Shown: piece after piece, positions 53,780 through 64,000 of the stretch | Numbering within the stretch: position 1 is the first letter of the stretch | How the letters are laid out: each line of letters opens with the position of its first letter | Assembly (NCBI GenBank): GCA_016748015.1 | Contig: JAAOMT010000760.1 | Location: 820,216 to 884,215 of the forward strand | DNA: 64,000 bases | Direction: 5' to 3' | Origin: Geosiphon pyriformis uo1 | Taxonomy: Eukaryota > Fungi > Glomeromycota | Position numbers and translations under genes: made by a program | Notes under the pieces: generated by a model | Told to the model about the DNA's origin: nothing | Seen by the model: only the letters and a program-made list of their open reading frames with translations | Databases searched by the model: none

Positions 53780-56700
53780 CTAATCTTGTCTCATTCTGGA
53801 GAGACAGTCAACATTGGTGTAAAGTTTTCCTGGTTTGTGATGTACTATGTATCGATAGTTTGCTAGAAATCCTGTCTATTGGGTTTGTTTTGCATTCAGC
53901 TGAGTATTTTTGTTTTAAAGCCATTTAAGTCCAATATTATCAGTGATAATATCGAATTCTTTGGGTCTGAGATAAAAGTTAAAGTGATGTAGGGCCCAGA
54001 TTACTGCTGCGGTTTCTAATTCTGTTGCAGGATAGTTCTTTTTGGCTGGCTTTAATGTTCTACTAACATAAGCAATTACTCGCTCATTTCCATTGTTATC
54101 TAACTGTGATAGGATGGCACCAAAGACAGTATAAGAAGCGTCAGTTGCTAACCGGAATCGGTTGCTGAAATCTGAGTAGGCGAGAATTGGAGCTATTGGG
54201 AGTTTTTCTTTAAGTATTTCGAAGGCATTTTGATTTTATTCTGTCCATTTGTATTCGACTTTTTTAGTAGTAAGCTGTTTGAGAGATTTTGCAATTTCTG
54301 AAAATCCTTTGATGAATTTTCAGTAATAGGATGCTAATCCAATAAATTCTCTTAATTCTGTGGCATTTCGTGGAGTCTTGAAGTTCTTGACAGTACTGAT
54401 TTTTCTGGGGTTTGATTTAATTTCATCTTTGCTAACAATGTGACCGAGAAAAGCTAAACTTGTTTTTCCAAAGTAGTATTTTTCAATGTTCAGTTTCAAT
54501 CTTGCTTTCCATAATTGTTGAAAAACTTCTCACAGGTAAATTAAATGTAACTCGAAAGATGGTGAATAAACATCAGTGTTATTAAGATAAACTACTACTG
54601 ATTTCCAAAGGAGGCCTTTGTAAACAACATCTATGAGTCTTTGAAATATTGCTGGTGCATTGCATAATCTAAAAGGCATTACATTGAACTCGTAATTTTC
54701 TCCTTGAGTGGTGAATGCTGTTTTGGGGTGGTCTTTGGGATGCATAGCAACTTACCAGTATCCACTCTCTAAATCTAATGTTAAAAAGTATTTGGACTTT
54801 CCAAGGGCATCCAACATGTTATCAATTCAGGAAAGAGAGTAGGCATCTCTAATGGTGACACTGTTGAGTTGTCGATAATCAACACAAAATCGTATCTTTC
54901 CATTTTTTTTTTAACTAGGACCACAGGTGAGGCCCATGGGCTTATTGATGGTTGAATAAGCCCATTGTTAAGCATCCATTGTACTTCTTCTCAGATAAAT
55001 TGGTGACTTTTTAGAGCAACTTGGTAGGCTTGTTGTCGCCTTGGTTTGGCATCTCCTGTATAGATTTGGTGTTAAACCAAATCAGTTCTTCCTAAGTTAT
55101 TGTTGTTTTCAGCAAAGATGTTGGCAAACTTTGCAATTAGCTCTGTGAGCTAGTTTTGTTGTTGTGGTTCAAGTTGTTCTATGTTGATTTGAAATACTTT
55201 TTCCATGACAACATGGTAGTTTTTAGAGCTAGGGTTTGGATTGATTTTTGGTAGTGAATGTTCAATGATTTCTGGAAAATTGAGAACTGTCTGGAGTAGT
55301 TTTTGTTGAAAGATGTTACTGTAAATGACTCCAATTTCTAAGTTATTTAATAGAACTATGAGGTAATTGTTGGGATTGTAAAAAGTAACTTGGACTTTCT
55401 TTGTTCTTTCTGGAATATAAATGTTTGGAACCAAAATGTTATGTTTCAAGCAGACTTGTTCATTGGACTCAAAAATTTGTTGTGTGGTTGTTGGCTTTGG
55501 ACAGATGTAGATTTCCAGATGTTTTTCAAAGGGTGAGATGGTAATTGGTTGTGGAAGTCTGAGAATCTGGTGGAATTCGTTTTGTGTGTTAAGAGCTATA
55601 TTAACTGAAACTGTGAATCATCCAGTTGAACTAAAACTTTGGGTTCCTCTATCACTTTTTCCTAATTGTTTTCTTTGACTAACTAGTTGCAAACCCAAAA
55701 TGTTGATTAGGGATAGGTAAATAGCTTGGGCAATTTTTTTAGCATGGTTGATCTTGAATGGTTTGTCAGTTTCATTTTGGAGCATTACTGTAATGTCTTC
55801 CGTATATCCAACATCGATTATTCCTCCTCTAACATTGATTTTTTTGCTTGCCAGAGAGGACCGGGAGACAATTTGAACCATTGCTCCTGGTGGGATTTCG
55901 AGTGCAATTTTTAGGTTGATTTTTGTGAGAGATTTGGGTTTGAGAACAAGAGGATTCTTGTTTAGATATCTTAGGTCATATCCAGCATCAATTTTATGTG
56001 CTTTTTCAGGTTTTATTCCTTGTCCATTGTTGTTAAAGTATTTGAGTTGTAAGGCAGGCTGACTTTTGATAAAATAGATGGGTGTTGTTTTAATTTCTTC
56101 TGTTGCTTCAGGTTCTCCAAATTCAATTTTGTTTTCATCATTTTCACTGGGCAGGGGAATGCTAAGAGCATAGCATTCAGGGCACCATTGTTCATTACAA
56201 GACATTATGCATTCTTCACACAATTTAACGTTCATTTGCTCTAGCCATTAAACTTGAGCTTTTTTGGTCAGGTAAGTGTGACTGGCAATTTGGTAATATA
56301 TTTCTACTTCATCTTCATAGTTGTATCCAGCAATTTCAAAGGTGTATGCAATGTATTCTGATTCTTTCATTTGACAAACATTTTTTTGAGTGGCTCCATT
56401 GATTAGAGCCATTGCTAGATCAAAAATCATTTCAGCATCATGAGGGTAATGATACAGTTTGTTGAGGGCGCTGTTGTAGACAGTGTCAAAAAAAGTTCCT
56501 CTTTTGACTTTTTCTGAAATTGATAAAGCATATTGGCAGGTTTAATTGCAGACTCTTCCTCTCATTGCTACATCAATCCAATTGCATTCTTCTGGTAGCA
56601 TATCTTCACAAGTCAAACAAGAGGTGTTGTCCCATTTTTTACTTCTTTTTATTAGATGACCCTATCGTTTTCTGTGGCACGTCTTGCAATAATAACAAGT

Positions 56701-59409
56701 ATGATTTTCATATTCTTCTTCAGGTGAAATGCAGGCTCTCATTGATGAGAGTTTCTTGTGGCAATCTTTGCATTTGAGTGGAATGTAAGAGTGTTGTTTC
56801 CGTGGCTCTGGTTTTGAATAGGGGACATTCCATCCAAGAGTTATTGGTTCTTTTGTTTCACAAGGATTGTTTGTTGAAAAATACTGTTGTTTAGTTTCAT
56901 CAGCCCAATTGAAGATTGATCCAAGTGCCATGAAAGTTTTGATTGTTGGTTTTTTTTCTTCTGGTTCGAATTCAAAAGCCGGGGCCTTTTCGGAGCATTT
57001 ATTGAATGTACCACAAGTGACAGATACTCGGGCATGTTGTTCTTGGTAGAAAATTTGTAGTTCTTGGGTTTCCCAGTCTAATTTTGCATTGGCTTTTTGG
57101 AGCCAATCATTTCCGACAAGGGTTTGATATTGGAGAACATCCATTACAAGAACTTTGATTGGAATGGTGATTCCATTAAGAGTGAATAAAAAATTGTCGA
57201 TTTCTTCTACTGGAGTCTTTTTCATGTCATTAGCAGTGACAATAATTGTCTGAGCTGGTCAGTTAACGTTTCTCTTTAGCTGCTGCATCAATTGATATGT
57301 GATGATACTTCTAGTGAATCCACTGTCTAAGATCAAACGAATTGGCTTTTTTTCTACTTCAGCTTCTGTGTACATTATAGTGATGGCTTTTTGCTCATTA
57401 GCCGCTGCATTGCTAAGCAAGAACGGTGATTCATTTGCTTCAAAATTGAAGGGAAATATATCTGAAAGATTGGCGTTTTCAGCAATTCTGGCTGGTAGGA
57501 TTGTGGTAGGAATATACAAAGGGTTTTGTTGTTGTGCTGTAGCTCTACCTTCTGAGGGTGCAGTATGGTGAAAATCCTGTTTTTCTGGCATTGTTAAATA
57601 ACTGGGTTGAGTGTGGTAGTGGTTGAGTTTTGGTTGAGTGGAATTTCGGGGAACTAATTAGTTGTTCAAACTGATTTTATTGTTGTTTACATGGTATCAG
57701 TTTTGTGGTGTAAATTGATTTTGTGTAATCAGTCTTTGAGCAGGTACTTGATAATGTTGTGTAGGTGGTTGTTGGTATTGCTGTTGGATTGGCTGTGGGG
57801 TGGACTGATAATAGTTACTTTGGTATTGGGGTTTTGGTGGATAGTAAGCTGGTGGTGATAGTTGATAATAAGATTGCTGTGGTGGAGAGTAATGTTGATT
57901 ACTCCTATTTTGTTGGTCTCATTGTAGCTTTCTGCAATCTCTTTTCCAGTGGCCAGAGATTCTACAGTAATGGCAATTCTGAGGCTGGTTATTGGAAAGT
58001 GGTGCAAAGTTATTTTGATTTCGTCTTTGGGGTGGTTAATATCTTTGGGGTTGTTGTTGTTGTTGGTTGGTAAAATAGTTTTCGACCTTTTTTGTAAGTT
58101 GGTCAATTTTTTCCTCAGCTGCTGAGCTGGTTTCTCCAATTGCCAAATTTACAAGTTTTGTACAATTGGCTTCTTCCATAGCCATTTCATATCTTTTTGC
58201 ATGTTGGATGGCAGAGTTCAAATCTTTTGGGGCATGTGGGCGAATCTTTTTAATTAGTTTATCTTTTAGACCAGCAATAAATTGATCCAAGATTTGAGCA
58301 TCAGAATAATAATTGTTTGTTTCGAGTTGGCGAATTTGTCTGAGAAGTTTGTTGAATTTCCTAATATAAGTCATAACAGATTTGGAGGGTTCTTATTTGA
58401 TATTGCGAAAACGATTTCGAAGGGTGATAGAGGTATTATTGTTGGTGAACTGTTCAAAGAAGGCTGCTTTGAAAGTGTCTCAATCATTGAATTGAGCAGC
58501 CAAGTTTTTAAACCATTCTCCTGCTGTTCTTTTGAGAAAGTAGGAAATTGTTCTTAACATTCTGGTAGCATTCCATCTATTTACATCTCCAGCTTTAGTA
58601 ACTTAATTGAGCCATTCTTGGGGACTGGTCTCAATATTTTCTCCATTGAATTTGGGAATTTTTGCAATATAAGCTGTCATTTCATCTTCTTCACTTTCAC
58701 TGTGGATTGATTCTTCTTTTTCTTCGGATAATTCAGAATTGTTTTCGTCATGAATGGCTGTCTTAGAATGTTCACTTCGATTTTCTATTAAAAAGTCAAG
58801 AAGATTAGTGCTAGTTTGAAGGTGTTTTGTTGTTGAATAAGGCTTTTGGGTGACCAAAAATTTTCTATTCTTGAAAACCGAATAAGTAGTGAGCTTGGTA
58901 TTTGTGGTTGAGCAAATGAAATTAGAAATGGTGTAATAGAAAGTGGTAATTTGACACTGGTTCCTTGTTCAGGTGTTTGCAAGTGTTTGGCAATTGTTTT
59001 TGGTAGTATTGGAGTATTTAAAGTAGTTCTTGAGTATTGCTTTGATTTTTGTTTGTCTTTGTTGCTTGTTTCTGTTTCTGATTCAAAGTCAATAGAGTAT
59101 TGAGACTGTACTGGGTATTTTTCTTTACAATATTCAATAATGTTAAAATTAAGTTCTTAAAAATAGGTAGCAAGAATGTCACTGTTAAGGTCTTCAGTTC
59201 CCAACTGTGAATAATATACTAAATTGTTGTAAAGATTGCTTCTAACTTCTGAGATGTTGTAATTTCCAAAAAGATAATTGTTAATGCGGTTTTCAATGTA
59301 TTGATTTCCCGATAACTTCAATTCCATCTAGAATGTTGAATCTTTGCTTGCAGTGGGTGTAAATCGATTAGTAATACTCTAGAGTTGTTGCATCTGGTAT
59401 GGTTGCCAC
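53780..59409 (-). pseudogene. gag-pol: ORF1 of family B: Gag, knuckle, PR, Cys-rich, dUTPase, pseudo-dUTPase, RT, RH
   Basis: MTAYIAKIPKFNGE, ILDQFIAGL, CHYCRISGHWKRDC, LILDSG, DAGYDL/SRSSLA/GGIIDVGY, MPFRLCNAP, YLNN, ATDAS, VDCLSRMRQD*. Confidence 0.92.
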
Positions 59410-59438
59410 TTTGAATTTGTTGTTGCTGTGTTATTTTT

Positions 59439-59452
59439 ATGGAAGAGCACCA
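59439..59452 (-). other. Primer binding site of family B
   Basis: TGGTGCTCTTCCAT, 2 nt from the LTR; same TGGTGCTC core as family A. Confidence 0.8.
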
Positions 59453-59454
59453 AA

Positions 59455-60433
59455 TGTTATCAGAGGTTTTTGGTCTCTTTTTTTAAATGTTGTTGATGCC
59501 TGTTTGTTGTGAATTCACGTTTTCTGGATGTGGTTGAACTTTCAATAACTGAATTTATCTTCAAATTATCTTCTATAATTTGAACTTGCTGGGCTTATAA
59601 GTAGAATGGCCAATTCCATGCCAGTTATTTTGTATAGTTACATTGTAGTAAACATCAACTCTTTCCCAGGAATTGCTCGTCTAAAAGCTTACTAAAATGT
59701 GTAGTTACTTTGCTGTGAAAGTCAACTCTTCTACAGGAATCTCGTCTGTAGGCTACCTTACTGATTGTAATAAGAAAAAAAAAGAAAAATAAAAGAAATG
59801 TAAAAGAAATAGAATTTTGTCAAGGGAGATGTTTTCAATCCAGGCCTGGAGTCACTAATAGTTTATTGAAATTCGTAGCTAATCAATTTCAAAACGTTAG
59901 TTGAGTTTTGAGAATTTTCCAAGTGCAATAATTAAAGAGTTTTTGGTTTTTCGAATTATTTTATTTTTATTCTTTTTGTGTATATAGGAGTGGTTCTAAG
60001 TAATAAATCTAAAGTAAGATACATTTTCTCAAAGAGAGAAGCTCTTCTTTTATACAACTTGTCATAACACTATTCTATAAACTTGAACTTTGCTATTTTC
60101 TACAATTTCGCTGAACTAAAGATACATTTTGGCAAACTACAAGTTATTTCTGCGAACTTTTAGATATTTTGGTGAGCTATCAATTATTTTGGCAAATTTC
60201 TACAAATTTTGGCAAACTTTTGAATGTTATATAGTTCGGAGTATTACATAATTGATTATTGCAATTAGGTTATATTTGTGTTGTATACAAATTGGGTTAT
60301 TAATTAAATGATAATTTTGAACATTTTGCTAATCTAATAAGTGATAATTTGAAATGATAATATATGCTAATTAATGATAGGAATTATAAGATAATTTCAT
60401 GCTAAATAATATCTCTAATTTTGTCTAGTAACA
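59455..60433 (-). repeat. 5' LTR of family B
   Basis: 979 bp, TG...CA termini; TATAAAAG on the minus strand near 60047-60054. Confidence 0.95.
60105..60220 (-). promoter_or_regulatory. Phased U3 motif array of family B (6 copies, consensus ATTTCGGCGAACT, 20-bp period)
   Basis: Units at 60105, 60126, 60146, 60166, 60186, 60206; consensus rebuilt by comparing both LTRs. Confidence 0.65.
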
Positions 60434-62460
60434 CCAGTCTATAAAGTAGTGTCAATGTACAGAAATTTAACCCAAATTATGCTATGTTGAAAATTGCATT
60501 CAGAAGTACATTGATGAAACCTTGAGAGGACTATGTCAATGTCTTTTTTCACCATCTGAAACAGTGCATAATGAACTGAATGTCGCAGCAGTTTTATGCT
60601 TCTTACACATCACTAGTACAGGCCAGCAGGACAGAAAAGTTCAGACTATTGTGAGAATTGGCAGTCGAAAAAAATGTTTTAGTCATTTATATTTGTTTAT
60701 GTGATCCTGAATTGAAGAACTATCCAAATTGTTCGGACATTGCCACTGAATTCACTGGAAAGGCATATTTAGAAGCTTATTATTTTGTCTTTCTAGTGGC
60801 TTTGTTTTGCAAGTGTTCAGAGTTCATGAACATGCAACTTCAACTTCATGAAAAAATACTGAAGAAGACATGTGGCTGCATATTTGATATTTTTATCAAT
60901 AACATTTGTAATGATATATTCAACTTGTAAAAAAGTCTTTAAGACAATATGAAAAGTGAGATGAAATTGAGGCTCAGCGATACCAGAGGATCTCAGATTA
61001 AGAACATTTGAAAAGAGGTAGCAGTTCAATATAAAAAACTTATAGTTACATTGAAGAAGCTAAACAAACATTTATTAAAAATGTTGTTGGCTTTTGATAA
61101 AGCCAGAGTGCTCACCAAAAATGATAATTTCTGTAATTTGTGGAGGGCACTACAGGCTGTTCTGGGCTCGGGTGGTGGTTTTATGGCACTTTTTACAAAC
61201 ACTCTATCAAAAGTTTCAAATTTCTTTTCTGCAAATTGTCATGATTTGTTCACCAAAATCAGCTCTGAAGGACAAAGGCTGTATAAACCATTTTATTTAC
61301 TTAATGTGTTGAACTGCCACATGTAAAAACCAGCAGTTGTTACAGTTTCAATGGCAATGAATCAAATTCGCTACATGGGCTGTCTTTATTGAGCAGATAT
61401 TGCTGACCAAGTCATTGTAGAATTTGCCACAGAGAAAATTCTTTGCAACAGTAAGAAAGCCAGAAACATATATGAAATAAAGCAAATTGTGGTTATCGAA
61501 AAAGTAACAGAAGCATTAGCAATTTTTGGACTATGGCTTTATTTGGAAATCTCAAGCCTTTCACAACAAGCATCTGAGTTAGTCAGTAACTATATAAGAA
61601 TCTTGTGCCATGTTGATGAGACACGGGAATCTCTTGTCACTGCATGTCCAAGTGAACTAATGTTAACTGAGGCTACAAGCCATATAATGAACTGATCTGG
61701 AATTCTCATGCAAGTTTTGGGCCAATTAGTTAGCTCAATTAGGAATTACATTGTTGTTAATACAGGTAATCAGAGTGAATTTGTCAGTAGAATCCTGTGT
61801 CTTTTGGCAATTGACAAAGCAATTCAGTCAAAACCCAAAGTCTGGAACATATATTTACAAACCATCACCATACAAAAATTTTTTGACGCACTTGTTGGTC
61901 AGGACTCTTGGAAAAAGCTTAGTTCAATTTTTACTATTCAAGCCAACAGTATAACACTTCGTGATAGCAAGATCAGGTTTAATTATTTCGCATACGTTGA
62001 GTTCACGCCTACAAGGCTAGATCTTATCAAATTTTTCTTTCATGGTACAGCAGTTTTTTGTAAGCAAAATCAAAAAGAGGATATTATCATTCCAGTTGCC
62101 ATGGTTTGAGATGATAAAACTCCAATCACAGAGGAGAACATGACATTTATTGGTATCCAAGTCAGGAATCGTAAAGCTGATGGTTCAACTGGTAACAAAG
62201 AGCAGCAAGAAGGAAGCAAACAATCATTTAAATGACAAAAGATGGATAATATATTCAAACAAACAGCTCATTATATTGGCATTGATGACTGCAAACTTTT
62301 CTTTCTACCTTACCTTGGGATTTAAATAAGTCTTGGAGTGATATCTGAAGATATTGAATACAATAACACTTTAGACATTGGAGTAAAAACATGAACAAAA
62401 GCCAAGAACAGAATAGAACATTTGAGCATTTATAGACTCTCAAAAAATGTGTATGCATGT
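60434..62460 (+). pseudogene. P-loop NTPase + PD-(D/E)xK nuclease protein (Crinkler-type module), 5'-truncated and decayed
   Basis: FYASYTSLVQASRTEKFRLL (decayed Walker A SGTGKS), LLAFDKAR (Walker B FDEAR), ACPSELMLTEA, QSEFVSRILCLLAID, DIIIPV...FIGIQVRN. End approximate. Confidence 0.7.
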
Positions 62461-63495
62461 TTCAATGGTGCAGATAGTAACATAATAAAATTACTGTTGC
62501 ACAAGTTGTTAATATCTTATGTTGACCCTGTTGAAAAAAAAAATGGCATTCTTTGGGATAGACATAATGCAAGTAATGAGTGAGTCCAACAGTACAAAGA
62601 AATTGTGAAGAATATGGAGTCTTTATGGTATAATGAAGGTATGTCAATGTATTGTTTGTTTTTTTGTCAGATTTACTAATCTTCTCTTATGCTAAAAAGG
62701 TGAGAAAAAAAAATACAAAAGGGCATAAACAGTACAATAAGAATGGAACAATAGTTGTTATTGGTCTGATCTAATTTCTTACTGCCAAAAAACTATTATT
62801 GGATTGTGCAATAATAAAATCAATAAAGCTCATTTAATTTGTCCAAATATGATGTGAAAAAATTACAAGATAATAAAAATTAATATATAAGATTACCTAT
62901 ATATGAATAATAATAATTACAACCATTTTACCAAATATGAAAAAGCAATTTATTTTTTGCAATTGTGGTTATTCAAAAAAAATCCCAAGAAAAAAAATTT
63001 GTTGAATTGCATAAGATATTTCAAGTTCACTTTAAATTTAAACAAAATATATTTTTAATCACTCAGCTAAAAACAATGAATAATAAAAAAATAACTACTA
63101 GTTAATATTTTAAAAATTAATCATATTTATTTAAAAAATGTAAAAATTATTTAGTAACAAATATAATACTATGTATTTATAATAACATAAAACAAATGTT
63201 ATAATAAAAAACAAATAATTATTGCTATTGCTGTAAAAAATTTTCTTAAAAATTATACTAAAATTTATGGATTATCAAGTTTAATAAAAATATAAACTGA
63301 TTATTTAATTGTTTATTTTTTTTTATTAAGATTTAATAAGTATGGCCCAATTATTATTTAGTAAGTCAGAATAAACTAAGTGTTTCAGTGTTAAACATGA
63401 TTTATGTACTTTCTACATATAACCAGCTACTTAAGCCAGTTCAGACTATATAATGCTAACAACTTACAAAAAAACTTGTTCAAGATAAACATCTT

Positions 63496-64000
63496 TTAAA
63501 TTACATTAAACAAAGTGAGACTACTAGGAACCAATCTAACAAGCCACTTAGCTGTTTTTATGGCACTAGACTTAATCTTAAGAGATTCAAATTTCCAGAA
63601 TTCCATTAACTTACCAAACACTTTATTATTTATTTCAACTAGAACTTTAAGATTACCAAACAAATTCATATTTTCCATGTTATATTCAGTTTTTAAGGCA
63701 ATAATCTCTTTTTTTAACTTATTAACAGACTTGCTAAAAGCACCTAAATGTACTATAAGCTTATTAAATTTGTTCTCAAACTTGTTGTTTGACATAAAAT
63801 CACTCTTAATAAATTGTTCAAAAACCATTACCAATTTACCAACAGGTTTAACAATAAACTCAACTAATACAGAAAGCTTAGTCAAATCAGATTTCAGAGA
63901 AGACAACTAAGATAACACCAAAAAATTACCAGTAACAACTAAAAAAGATACAAAAGGTAACAGAGATAGAAACTCAGAAAAGCTCAAAAGAGCAAAAGTC
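63496..64000 (-). mobile_element. Probable ORF1 C-terminal coiled-coil fragment of another LINE, running off the window edge
   Basis: Heptad-rich ORF (KLSVLVEFIV..., LKKEIIALK) with composition like the end of the 48059-50009 ORF1; possible decayed APE start downstream. Confidence 0.35.

Larger units (their letters stand above)
50560..60433 (-). mobile_element. Ty3/Gypsy LTR retrotransposon, family B (different LTR sequence, same architecture as family A)
   Basis: LTRs at 50560-51539 and 59455-60433, PBS, PPT GAGGAGGAGG (51543-51552), full domain set; flanks ATGG/CCAG do not match. Confidence 0.95.

Overview
Very AT-rich eukaryotic repeat region with no intact host gene. The protein fragments resemble Glomeromycota (Geosiphon-like) repeat families; this assignment is from recognition, not a search. 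Contents: a 6.3 kb Sola2-type DNA transposon carrying a decayed nuclease-kinase cargo gene (7044-13331); a solo LTR; three near-complete Ty3/Gypsy LTR retrotransposons of two diverged families (family A: 14941-25357 + and 26811-36807 -; family B: 50560-60433 -); LINE fragments; and a P-loop NTPase/PD-(D/E)xK (Crinkler-like) pseudogene. Comparing the three Gypsy copies shows a shared, unusual architecture. ORF1 opens at a conserved AAA-GTG-GCA with a long, essentially Met-free N-terminal domain. It runs in one frame through Gag, zinc knuckle, protease, a multi-CxxC domain, dUTPase, a pseudo-dUTPase, RT and RNase H, then stops at the same aligned codon in all three copies. Integrase follows with its own ATG, and a third ~220-aa ORF ends at the PPT. 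Both families carry TTCnnnGAA-containing arrays in U3, and family A has 4-bp TSDs. All repeats show strong C>T/G>A hypermutation not limited to CpG. Two exact duplications next to N gaps are probably assembly artefacts. All alignments and counts were done by eye.
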